A DNA stretch of 64,000 nucleotides from Chara braunii (Eukaryota; Plantae; Charophyceae), in the NCBI GenBank assembly GCA_003427395.1, contig BFEA01000017.1, positions 4,587,908 through 4,651,907 of the forward strand, written 5' to 3'. Position numbers and translations under genes: made by a program. This document shows, piece after piece, positions 1-12,800 of the stretch. The notes below the pieces were generated by a model. It saw nothing but the letters and a program-made list of their open reading frames with translations. It did no database searches and was not told the DNA's origin. Each line of letters opens with the position of its first letter. Positions within the stretch are counted from its first letter, which is position 1.

Positions 1-157
1 AATCATAACCCCCGATCATCCGGCCAGATAGGCCGTGCTACCTAGCTTTTTAGGAAGTTATTTGAGAATCTTATTTGAGATATCCCGTAGGAGTTATGAT
101 TGCTGAAATTAGACCACTCAATCCACAATTCACTTCAGAAAATCAATCGAGAAAACT

Positions 158-330
158 TTGGAGATCGATGATGAGTAGAGATTGATGATGAGTAGGAAGG
201 TCGTAATTCTGATCGTATTTATTAGGCTTTTTGGAGATTGATGATGAGTAGCAAAATTATCAGATCGTATTTATTAGGATTTTAGGAGATTGATGATGAG
301 TAAATCGTCCCGCCAGCAAAGTTATCAGAT
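158..330. repeat. Degenerate tandem repeat (GAGATTGATGATGAGTA core x4)
   Basis: The core recurs four times and GATCGTATTTATTAGG recurs twice. Confidence 0.8.
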
Positions 331-2004
331 CAATCCTCAAACAAATCACCAAAACTAGAAGACAAAACAGGACCAAGAGGCACAGTGAAATTTTTGATAG
401 AAGATCAGGGGAGGATGCAGCTAGACCACGCGTGAGTTATAACAATAAACAACAATCCCTATCCCCTCTTCCTCAACCCCCTCCTTACCACCACTTACCC
501 TTCAAACCCTACCCCAGCGCTTTGGGGGAGGAAAAACTCCCTTTCCTCCCACAACTAGCTACTTAGCTCAAGGCAACACGCTAACACCAAAAACATAATC
601 GGCCATCTCCGATTCAAAGAATCGAAGACAGTGTGGCACCCCCTCGCCAAACCCGTTGGCGAGTCACCACAGGGGGTCCGAAACCTCCCTATCTATACTT
701 ACCGTATACTTACCCATGGCTGAGGAAGAGAAACGAATTTCCTCCAACGCGTCGTCACAACATCTCGCACGATAAAAACTCTTCAGTCGACGTTGATTAG
801 AGTGCCGCTCCCCTCCATCACTCACTTGGTTTAGCGCAGCAGGGCAATAGGTTCTACGCTGGCTCCCTTCCGTTTAAGTCACGATCCTGGTCGCCATCCA
901 TGTGCATGTGCGCAACGATTGTGCGAACAGCGCTCAAGCATAGTTCAAGAGAGAATGTACCCATCCCTTCTTGGCCGCTCCCGCTAGTCAAAATTACCGC
1001 AGCGTGATTTCCACCATCGCCACTCCACCACCCCGTTTACACCGTTCTTTCCCGTGGAAAACCGCCATCCCGAAAACAACCCTTCGCTGCCTCCTGCTCC
1101 ATAGACAAAACAGCGATGTCCACTAGAGCCCCTCATCCGCCACTCAAAAATCCGCATTCCGCCCCGCCATCGCCACTCCCTCGCGCCGTTCGTCCCTGCC
1201 CGTTTGTCCCTGCCCGCGCCATTCTTCCCGTGTGAACGCACCATTCCGAAACCAACGCTTTGGTTCAAACGGGGGGCAGCGCTGCGCCCCCCTGGGAGGA
1301 GAGAGAAGTCTCGCCTTTCTCCATTCTTTTTGTGTGCCAAGCCCTGTCAAGCCTCCGATCCCCGAAAGACGCCCTGCCAACCCCCCCTCAAGCCCCGGAA
1401 GACGCAATTTTTTTTTTTTTTTTTTTGCAAACACTCAATGCTCCAATCTATTACTGGGGAGCAACACGTGCTTGGAACCGGGCCCAGCGTCCCATTCGAG
1501 AATCCTATAGCACAGTTTGCAGTATCGCGGCCATCAACTGGGCCCATAGTTACGGCCGCGGCCGAAAAAAGTAGTAGCAAAGTACTGGGGTGACCACTAA
1601 CCGCCTTGAGATTTCATAATTGAATTGACTAGCCCAGGTAAATTAGAATCTGTTATCTTTTCCCCATGATGGATCAAGGNNNNNNNNNNNNNNNNNNNNN
1701 NNNNNNNNNNNNNNNNNNNNNNNNNNNNNNNNNNNNNNNNNNNNNNNNNNNNNNNNNNNNNNNNNNNNNNNNNNNNNNNNNNNNNNNNNNNNNNNNNNNN
1801 NNNNNNNNNNNNNNNNNNNNNNNNNNNNNNNNNNNNNNNNNNNNNNNNNNNNNNNNNNNNNNNNNNNNNNNNNNNNNNNNNNNNNNNNNNNNNNNNNNNN
1901 NNNNNNNNNNNNNNNNNNNNNNNNNNNNNNNNNNNNNNNNNNNNNNNNNNNNNNNNNNNNNNNNNNNNNNNNNNNNNNNNNNNNNNNNNNNNNNNNNNNN
2001 NNNN

Positions 2005-5000
2005 CCTGAACCCGGCGCCAGGTCCCATATACAGAATGTAGACAGGGAACATCAGAAGACAGTCCTGCCAGCATTGATTGCCCTGGAATACAGGGGATTG
2101 ACTGAGCAGGACCTATTGGAGAAAAAAATTGGGAGTCAGCTGTTACCCTTCCCCTACTATATCTCTCCCTGTGATCAGGGGCCGGGAGGAGCCACCGAGG
2201 GGCACCAGTGGGTCCTCCCGTCACCCAGTCCTTCCTTGTAACCATGCAACCATCTGTCGGGTGTAGCCAGCTGTCATCCTTCCTGCTGTATCAGAGTGTT
2301 GGCCCTCTCTTCTTTACATCAAGAAATTGTAGGAGAATCTTTCTCGTATCACCCCGACAGTTAGGGGGTTGACTGAGCAGGGGGGACCTCATCATCCTTC
2401 CGCTGCTACGTCCTGGTCCCTCCCGCCCCAACCCTGGTCACTTTCCTGATCTGGATTGTTCTTGAGGCCTTATCCCATTCTGCAGTCGTCGCCAACCTCC
2501 TTCCATCTCTCTGGCCATGCTGTAAAAACCACCCCCCCCAGGGGGCAACGAAAGAGGAAAAGGCGGCTTTGTGAAGAAAGTGAGGGTTTGGATGGGCGGA
2601 GGTTTACAGACGCATATCTAGGGAACCAGGGTGGGGAGGGAAGGGGTCAGGGACCTCCTCTGCAGGTCTCATGGGGATGCATGGATCGATCGACAGCCAC
2701 TCCTTGAACCTCAGGTGGTAGTCCCGTGGAACATCCTTGACTCGATTCTCCTCCCTTTCTCTCTCACCTTCCCAGTCCCCTGTCCAAATTACTTCCGCTA
2801 CCCATCCTTCCCGGATCCCCCCCAGCCAGTCTCTAGAGAACTGAAGTAACCGTTCCCGGATGTCCTTGGGGCTATGGAGCGAATCAAGTACCCGCTTGGT
2901 TGACTGCCACCGGTGTGAGATTTCCATTTGGAAGTGCGTTTTGAGCAGTTCCATCCTTTCTTCCCCTTCTACTCGGACGTGGTCTATGGTGAGCACACAG
3001 TGTTTCCACCACAAGACCCAGAGGATAGTTCTTTAGGACAGGTGGAACATATTAGACACAAAAGTGTTATCTTAGAAGGGAGGGTAGTGACCTAGCAGGA
3101 TGGCCCGCCAATCCCACGACCATGGGTGCCTAGGAGCCATTTGCTGCCACACCCTATCCCACCACCTCCAGGTCAAGGTTGCAGTGGGACATTGCAGAAA
3201 GATATGCTCGATTGTCTCTGCTCTCTTTCTAGGCGGAAAAACCAGGAGGCAATGAGAGCACCACGGGAGTGCACGACCTTGTTGTTCTAGTCGCGAGTGG
3301 TCAATCAGCCAGTTGTTTGTGGGTAAGCACCGGTGTAAAATATGCCATTGTAAGGACGTGATTTTCGCCGGTCTACACTTTATGTCGCGAAACCCACGGA
3401 TCGGTGTGAGGAGTTGTCTCTCCACATTGAGATGCCTCTGCCATCTATCAATCACTACTTCTTTTAGGCAGCGCTTCGTTTTGAGCATTCGGTACGTCGC
3501 CTTCACCGAGAGATTTGATAGTGTTTTGGGTTTCAACTGGCGCGAGTGGTGCCATCACTGCCGTGACTCAGGGTACCAGATCCATTCCAGTGGTTCAATT
3601 GGTAGGAAGGCTAAGGCAATCTCAGGAAGGAAAGTCCGCCGGTTGTCACCTTCTTCCAAAACCCTAATGCGGTATAGTTCCTTCTTCAGGATCCATTGAA
3701 GGGGGTCCCGGCTCCCTTCAAGGCCCCCATTTCGCTTAACCCTGTACCACTCGAGAAATACTTCATCCGAGCAATCTAGATGCACCAGACCCACCTTATC
3801 AACAGTTCCTTCCTTAGCCACACAGTCTCCCTCCTGTAACATCTGACCTCTACTTAGAATGGTTCACCAACCTATCGGGAGGGCTTCCGTTATTTCCTCG
3901 AAGACCCCTTCTACATTGTGGCAGTACCTCAATTCCGCCCTCAGTTGCTCCGGGCTTTTCCAGTCTTTCCTCTCCTCGTCCCACAGATCACCTACTCTAG
4001 TCACTTCATGTTTTACCCATCCTTTCCATGGGGCGTCAGTACTGCAAAAAAATTGGCTTCGTTCGTTGGTGATCCACTTGTTTCCAAAGAGGGGATGTCT
4101 AGCCACCTCCTCCCACCTGTCTGGTGGTGGCCGGTTCGGGGGCGGGAGTCTCCGCCAAATTTTAAGCATACGGGGCCAGGAGTCATCCGTCCTCCCTTCT
4201 CCTCCCTGGGGCCGCCGCGACACTTTCCAATAGCGGTCCTCTAGCCACCGTAGAGGGTGGATGGACTGGGGGGACACAGGGGTAAGGCGAGCGATGTGTG
4301 TTAAAGCTAGCGGCCTCCATACTGATGGATGCTCAAAAATCAGGTGCACAACCCATTGTAGACTGAGAGCTTGGGATTGGGTGAGAGGGTCTATAATACC
4401 AAGGCCACCCCTCGCCTTGGGTTGGGTGACTGAGTCCCATGCGACCCGACTGATGGCATGGGGATTCTCACTGTCCCCTTTCCAAAGATAGGCTGCCAAC
4501 TTCCTTTTCAGGGACTTTAGGGCCCCCGGGCTTAGAGGCCATAGTACCGACTTGTACCAAAGGGTGGCCAAAACAACGTTATTGATCACTAGGGCTCGGC
4601 CGAAGAGTGAGGGATGTTGGTGGTTCCATATTGAAAGTTTAGCGCCAGTCGGGGCTGATATCTACTTGTCATTTTCGGGGGGTCTGCCTGACGCCGTCAT
4701 CTTTACCCCTAGGATCCGAATGGGGGATTCAGGGGCAACCCAAGTAATATGGTGTCCTTCCGGAGGACGGCCCCCTTGATGGTGAAGCCACCAACCTATC
4801 GTTTTGTGTCCCCAGTTGACAACCATATCTGAGAGGTTGCCAAAAAGGGTCATCAGTCTGTATATTATTTCCATATTTTGTTGTGTAGCATCCACCATGA
4901 TCGTGAGGTCGTCCGCAAATAAGGAGCAAACTGGAACAGCATCCTCCGGGATGCTGGCAATCCCAACTCTTTTTAAGTCTTTGCACTGACGGAGATTGGC

Positions 5001-5939
5001 TGCTAGAGCTTCCATGATGATAACGAATAGGAAGGGGGCGATAGGGTCCCCTTGTCGGACTGACCGCTGCAACCTTATTTCTGGGGCCATCGACCCATTA
5101 AATTAAATCAGGAGTCTTGTGGTTGCGCTATGATGTAGAATATGTATCCATCTTCGAAAATTGTGACCAAAGGTCAGTCGCTCCAAACATTTATCCAGGA
5201 ACACCCAGTCAACGTGATCGTATGTGTTCTCGAAGTCAATGAAGATGAGTGCGGCATTGCTTTTGGTTTGATGGGCCAAGCTAATCATCTCATTGACAAG
5301 AAGTATGTTTTCCTGGATGTTTCGATTATGAATGAAGCTGGTTTGAGCTGGGTGAATGATGTCTTCCACTACTTCGATTATTCTGTTGGCCAAAGCTTTT
5401 GACAACATTTTGTAGACCACTGTCAAGAGGGTGATAGGGCGGTAGTTCCTGATGTTAATTTTATCCCCCTTTTTATGAAGTAGCGATAGCACCCCTTGTC
5501 CTACTAGCTCTCCTAATTCACCGGAGCGCCACACCGCTCTATAGAACTCCATTAAGTCGTCACTCAGGAGGGACCACATGGCCTCCCAGAATTCTTTGGG
5601 AAAGCCGTCTATGCCAAGGGTTTTTTCCTCCTCCATCTGCATGAGTGCCTTCCAGATCTCCTCTTTGGAGATTTGACGATCCTGGAGGTCCCTTTGTACT
5701 GAAGAGAGACAACCCTCCATTGGACGTAGGAAATCCTCTAACTCATTCCGCCGATCCTCGTCCTGATGTTGGGGGATGTGGGAGGAGAAGAGGTCCTTGT
5801 AAAATGATTGAGCAATCCTTACGCAACGCGCTGTGGTGGTGGCTAATTCATCCGTCGTTGGGTCCAAAAAAGCTTCGATAGTGGTACGGTGAAGTCGTAG
5901 CGAGGCGATGCTGAAAAAATGGGAATCCATGGTCCCTTC
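2005..5939 (-). mobile_element. L1/Tx1-type LINE, 5'-truncated and degenerate (RT, zf-RVT, 3' UTR)
   Basis: Broken ORFs contain NYRPITLL, IDFENTYDHVDW, VRQGDPIAPFLF, SLFADDL, GGLGIIDP and CSHC...ETIEHIFLQC. The 3' UTR motif is shared with the LINE at 52939-61113. Confidence 0.95.
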
Positions 5940-6894
5940 TGTGGTCCATTTCGCTAATTTTCCAGGTCACATCGGAGACTCTGAGGCCTGCTACAGTGCT
6001 ACCCAAATGCCTAAAATGGTGATTCTTCTGTCAGTGGTCTGCGGGGCCACGGGAGGACCCATTTTGGTCTCAAATGATCTTTCTAGTAAGTTTCTACTTT
6101 TCTTTTCCCGTCTTACCTTATTGCAAAAATCGCGGATGAAGAAAACAACCTACCAAAGGAAATACAACAAAATTGGCAATGTATCTACGTATGTTCTAGG
6201 GATGGATTCAGCTGCATTTTGCACATTTGGAGAGTCGTGCAGTCAGGCCCATGTACTTTTTAAGAAAAAATAAATAAAATCCATCTAAAAAAAAAAAAAA
6301 AATCAGTTTACTCTTTTGGTCCTCACCCATGTGACTGCGCACACTTGCCCCTAGGGCGAACTGTCAGTGCGGTGTCTGCGCGAGTACCTTTACAAGGGTA
6401 TCCTCCCTAATTTAGCCAAATGACAGAAAATGATTTTGAATTGAAAGTTGGGAGTGCCGGGTGAGCCACGATCGTGTTTCTTCCTGTGACTAACAGAAAT
6501 ATCCCCGTGCTAAGATGTGGACCCCACTGCTTTGCGGCGAAGACTTGGAAAGGTTTTGGAAATTTTTTGGAGACCTCACAGGCCCGTTTCAGTTGGGTTG
6601 GAAAGGAATAGAGGGTTGTTTCTACATGCGCCGCGGCCCAGGGTCCCCTTGAAAATCACCGGTGAGGCCGTCGTGGACGGCCAAACGGGAAGATCAGGGT
6701 GGCCTGAGGCCTTCCGTCGCAAATGGAACAAATTGTAGGCGGACAAACGATGATGTCCGTTGGTCCATGACAGTCGACGATGTGGACTACGCCAATTTCA
6801 AAAAATGTCACACGATTCCCAAGCACGGTGTGCGTCGGTACTAGCGTCCGTTGTATTGTGTCCCGATCGTCGTAATGACCAACGATGGCACCAG

Positions 6895-9800
6895 CTGTGT
6901 ATCTTTTGAACGGAGAACGGGCGAAATTCAATGCCCGTTCATCCGTTTAACGGGCCCCTGGACCCCCGTTAAATCCCATTTAACGCAAAAACGGGGGCTT
7001 GGCGTTGAATTCCGAAAAATGGAATCCGCGCTTTGGGCCTCGGACACGTGTGCCTACGTGCCNGAACACTCAAACCAGAAAAAAAAAAAAAAAAAAATTC
7101 ACCCCCCATTGACACGCCCCCCAAAACACCCCTAAAGGACCGAAAAACCCCTATCTGACCCCGAACACACCACCCGGCCCCCTCCCCCCGACCTGCATAA
7201 TCCCACCACGACCCCCAACCCCCACTGCACCTCACTGTCCTCAGTGCCCTCACACCCACCCCTGAACAACGGACACTACCCCTACACCCCCAATACCCCC
7301 AACCCCCACTACCCGGCGACCCCCCCACACCCCCCCCCCCCGCCCCTACACTCACCCCCCACCCCACCACAAAACCCCCCACACTGTGCACCCCCCGAAA
7401 CATCAGGTAGTGTTCCATTCAATGCAAATAGAATCAACAAATAAGATAGAAAAAAAAAACAAGTACCGAAGTCTCGAAGCCATAAATAAATTAAAAGAAA
7501 AAAATGCGAGAAATGAAATTGAAAATAAGAACAACAATTAAAGATATAAAATCACACACCGACAAAAAAATGGGCAGGCAACGTGCATCACTCGTAACAG
7601 AAAATGTAATGTACATGAAAAGTCGTGAACGATGCGAAGTACCTGACAGGATGACACTAATATCACACATGCAAATGCAACATGATACAATGTATCCTAC
7701 TGCTAATGCACTGGCACCACATGTCGAAAAAAATACAAGAAACAATAGTCTACAAGTCGTGTCATAGCTGCCTAAATGATACAAGAAAAAAAAATTATTG
7801 TATAGTCTTAACTCAGTCTGCTGCAACCGACGGCACTCTACGAACACCCAGCTCAGCCTACTGACACCAAAATCATACTCTACGAACACCCTACTGCTAC
7901 CAAAATCATACACACCAACAAGTAAAGCACGCACACAACCACTGAGTGTCTGACAATATTGAGACAAGACGAGACGACTCAGACTACCAAAAAAACTACA
8001 ACCGCACAACATGACGACGTACAGTGCGAGTAGGGGAGAAGCGGAGTGTTGGCCTCATCGGTCAACGACCCTTCTTCCCCTTCCCGCTGTGTCTCCTCGT
8101 GCCCCCTCGAGTGTCGGATGTCGACTTCTTCCTCCCTCGTGAGGATGAAGAAGTCTGTGCAGCGGAGCGTCTAGATGCACGCGTCGGTGGGGGTCCTGGG
8201 GAAGGTGGGGGCTCATCGTAGTCGTTGTCGTCATCACCATCGGAACCGCTTCTGCTATCCTCCTCTCCCCCCTCCTCGCCCTCGTTGTCCTCGTCCGCAT
8301 CCCGCACAGCCGCATCCGTATCAGGATCATCCTCCTCGATCATGGTGACTAGGCCTCTTCCCTTCCTCAACACAACAACCCTCGCACTAGCCTCTGCAAT
8401 GGTCTGCTCACGGCGGGAACCAGGAGGCATCCCCAACCCCTCCGCCCCCGAACTCTCTCCAAGTGTTGTGCCTCCCTCTGCAGGCACGGACCGTGGACGA
8501 GGAGGCACTCCACGCTTGCGTGGAGTCTGCTCCTGCACAGCACGCGTCGCTGCTCTCAGAGCGTACTCCAAGGTCTCGGTCGACACTCCTCTGCCAGATG
8601 CCGGTACCTCCCTCGCCGAGGTTGTCCTAGCGCCTCCTCCTCCCAAGCCCGGCTGAAGGAGTGCAGTGTGCTCCGTGACACGACGGGTGGAATCCAAATC
8701 TATATCTATCCTCCCGAATATCGTCGTGTCACACACGTCCTACTGAACTGTTGTCATGTCACGAATCCTAGATCTCCCAGACGTGTGTGGGGATCGAAAG
8801 CCTTGGCCTGTGGGCGATGATGATGGATCACCTGTAGGTGCTCTGGGAGGAGGGGGTGGCATGTCTCTTGTGCGTGGCGCTGTTTCCGTCACGCCACCCG
8901 AAACCCCTGGAACATGTCCCGCGGTATGTCCTCCGGTGGAGGTAGACCCAGACCACATGGGCGACACAGGACCCCATGGAACCGAAGGGATCGACTGCCA
9001 TGGTGGGTGCTCGAGCCTCTGGTTGAAGATCCCCCGGTCCAAGCGAGTAACATCGCGTACAGCCTCTCTCGCCAACTCCTCTTCATCCAAAGGACGACGG
9101 ACCTCCTGCGGAGCAAAGTGGCTAGGAAGACGTGGGGGCCCAACCACCGGCTCGGACCCCAAATCCGTGATAACGGGCGGTGCCACACCATGCACTGCCA
9201 TCTGAACCGCCTGCGGCTGTCGGGCCTGAGCCAAGTGCAGGCCCGAGAACGGAACGACTGGACCCGTCGCTGTCTCCTACCTCTCGCGCCGTGCGTCTAT
9301 AGCCCCCTCGACTCATCGCTGTCCTGCCTGCACAGCCTCATCCACCGCCTGAGTCCGTCCCTCCACAGCAATGTCCGCTGTCTCCGCTCCACCCGGCAAA
9401 GCCTCGAGTACCGGCTTTGTTGCCACTCCCTCCGCAACGTCATCCCCCGCCACCACCCCACCCTGCACACAATCCCCCCCTATCTCTAGACGCCTGGCCT
9501 CCTCTACGGCCCGTGCGAACGCCTGAGCACGAGGGTCAGTCGATGCCAAAAGTCTAGCCCTCTCTCGCTCCATGATGTTGTGTGTTGCATCTAGAGACTC
9601 TGTCCTCGTCCTCTCTCTCGCGGTCTGCGTCGAAGTCCTGCCTGGCGCCTCGTCCCTCGATGGAGCCCGGTCCGTCGATGTCGCCCCGCTGCAACTGGGT
9701 GGAAGGCCCATCGACAAATCTAAGTCTAAGTGGGTCCCCATCTCCGAATCTGAAATCCCAAACCCCCTCTCCACATCCGGGGTCATACCCGCTATGGCCG

Positions 9801-12800
9801 GACCGAGCTCCTCCGTGAGGAACTGCTGCATGAGGCGCTCGTCATCGCCCCCACGGTGCCTCTTCCTCCTCCACTGCTGCTGCCACCTCAACCTCCACTT
9901 CTGCTGCTCCTCAGCCTGCTCCTCCTGCTGCTGCCACCTGCCCCTCCACTGCTGCACCTCCTCCTGCCGCTGGTGGATCCTCCTCCAGCACTGATGCTGC
10001 TATCTCCTCCAGCACTGATGATGCTGCTGCTGCTGCTATCTCCTCCACCGCGGCCGCGATCGTCACGTCCGGCACCGCCGCTGGTGCCACCGAACTCTCC
10101 ACTGCTGCTGCCGAAGGTGCCCCCTCCTCCTGCAATATCCCCGGGGAAGGTGATCGTAACCTGAGTTGGCGGACTGCAAACTCCTCCCTGTCCGGCTAAA
10201 GTGGCGAGACGGGCGATCGTGGTGCAGGACTCGGAGCAGGAGGTGGCGGCATGGACGAATCCCGCCTTGTCGGAGTGGGGGTCGTCGCCTGCGCCTCTGG
10301 GCCGCCCGTGGAAGCGACCTCTCCGAATGGGCCCCAAAAGTCCTCGTCTCCCCCCAGCATCTCCCTCTCCGCCCGGTCTGCCGCCCGTCGTGCAGTCTGT
10401 GCCCTCGTCTCCTCGGAGTTGGGATCCTCGTGCGTCTCGTCGATCTCCCGGGGAATGCGGAGCGTGGGGTCATCTGCCGCCTCGGGTATCGGCTCCTCGT
10501 CTGTGTCATCCTCCCTGGGGTAGGGACGAAAAATGCAAGCACGTCTATCGAAAACGGCATCAACCGAGGGTGGTGCGGACGCCGCGATGGGATCCCGGGT
10601 AATAAGTGCAACCTGACGGGCAATCTCCTCGTTCGTCTTCCCCCTGCGAGTCCCCGTGCGCACAGGCTCCAACTCAAGTCCTGCCTGGCAATCCAGCATG
10701 CCCTCGTCCCGCTGCCATGGAAGCACATAACCGCATCCAGCCCGCCGATACTCAGTCAACCGCACATTTGCGGTGATCTCAACGAGTTGCACGATCTCCT
10801 CGAAGGCCAACTGGTTGCACTTCTTCGTGTGAATGCCCTCGTGGACTGCCCGGTTCCTCTCCGCTGGAGAGGCGCAAGACCACATGTGCATGACCCGAAG
10901 AGCGCAACGCTGCAACTCTGGCGCGCGAGACCCATACTGCCACCACCAAGACGCGCACTCAATCGTCTCGCTGTCGCCGCTGCACGAGCGCCCACGAGCA
11001 CGCCCCTCCGGACCGCCCCAATCCCCGAACCTGCCCTGCTGAATGTGGAAGTCCTCAAACTGCCGACATGCAAGGATGTACTCCGCACCCTCCAACTCGA
11101 ATCTCGTCTGCGTCAAAATGTACCTCTTGGCTTGCCCCACAAGCCAAGCATCGTACCGTTCCACCTGCCCCGAAAAGTAGCGAACGTGTCGCCCGCGGGG
11201 GTTCAGTAAGAACCCTGCGCAGTGAGTCGGCTCAAGCATGTGCTGTATGCGAGCCTGCACACGCCTGATGATCCGGTCGGCGAACGACTTTCCCAAAGGG
11301 GCGCATGCGACCGTGACACGGCGGACAAGATCCTGCGTCCACTCGATCATGAGGGACATGTACTGTCCTCCACGATCCATCCGCCTGAGCAACTCCATGA
11401 TGGGCTGCATGATATGGACGATGGTGGCCACCCTCTGCCACCATGGATCCCATCTGATCTGTCGGCGCACCCAACGCGCCATGACGCACACATCGGCGGA
11501 CCACGGGATGGAAGCAAAAGCCCGCGCGTCGTCCCCTCGCATCATGTCCTGAAGAGTGTCCTGCAGGGCCAACAGCTTCTCCAGCATGGAGTAAACAGAC
11601 GCGAACCACGTCTCACATGAAAGAATAAGCCCCTTGTCGGGGCTGCGCGTCCTAAAAAAATGAAGGGCGGCGTGGTGGATTTTGAAAAACACCACCAGCA
11701 CACGAGCGCGTGTGATCGCGTCCACAAACGCGTCGCAACTCGTCCCCATGTCTGACAACAATTTGTTGCAGACATGGACGGAGCACGGGAGCCAAGTAAT
11801 CCTCCTCAGTGCAAAAAGCATGGACGGCGAGGTCAATGCCCTTGCAGCCCCCACATAGGCAGAAGCGGAGTCAGTGCATATCGCATTGATCCGTTGCGGC
11901 CCGCCGAAGCTGAACTCGTGGAAGATGGTAACCCATCTCCGAAGGACGTGCACTGCATCGTCCGCCTCGCCCTCTCGATTGATCGCCGTGTACACGACGA
12001 CCCCTCGAGAGCCAGCAGCAAGGAAATTCACGATCGGTCTCCCGTCTCGTGATTTCCTCCCATCGGAGAGGAGGGTGGCACCGGTCACCCAAAATGGCTG
12101 CCTCACCTCCTCCAACTCCTCCGCCAACTCCGCATGGTGGGTCTCCACCGCCCGCATACTCGCAATCTCGCAGTGGTTGGAAAGCACTGCGCGCGGGGAA
12201 CTGCCAGGCTGCTCAAGAAGCACCTGCTGATATGCCTTCCACACCTGGTTGTGGAAGGCATTGAAGGAGACCCCGCTGGAATACAACCAGCGAAGGAATG
12301 CCTTCTTGTGGCGAGCAACCCACTCGCCACCATAGACATCAATCATCTTCTGCTGGGGAAGCCTCTTCCCTGCTGGGGTGGCAGCCGGATCACTCCCTCC
12401 TTCCTTCCTCTTGGAAGACCCCTCCGTTGCAGCTCCCTTGCCTGCTCGCCTCTGCCAGTCCTCCAACCTCTCGCCAGTGCCTGGATAAAACTTAGGCACG
12501 TCCTCCCGTTCCAGGACTCCCTCCTCACCCGGGCCACGCGCCTCGCGATCCACGTTGATCACGCCCTCCTCTGTCTCACCGCCTTCACCACCCAAAGTGG
12601 GGTCTGCCGCACCATGCCCACCATCTCCCCCGACCCCTCCCTCCGTCGGACGCCGCCCCGCCTCTCCTCCCCTTGCACCACCCATGCCGGGCACATCGAG
12701 TCCGCGCTCCGCTGCATACCTCGCAACCCTGTCCATCTGATCGGCCTCGAACTTCTGTTGAGTCCGTCGAGCAATCTCGTACAACGCCACGTCGCTGACG

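Noticed and set aside
158-330. Repeat-spacer appearance resembling a CRISPR array
   Set aside because: The spacers are repetitive and uneven, there are no cas genes, and the context is eukaryotic.
695-716. ATACTTACC twice, resembling the U1 snRNA 5' end
   Set aside because: Only 9 nt match, with no further U1 similarity; it equally reads as two donor consensus sites on the minus strand.
7063-7410. C/A-skewed tract (similar at 61300-61475) suggesting G-quadruplex or i-motif function
   Set aside because: It follows an N or homopolymer and looks like low-quality base calls over degenerate (CA)n sequence.
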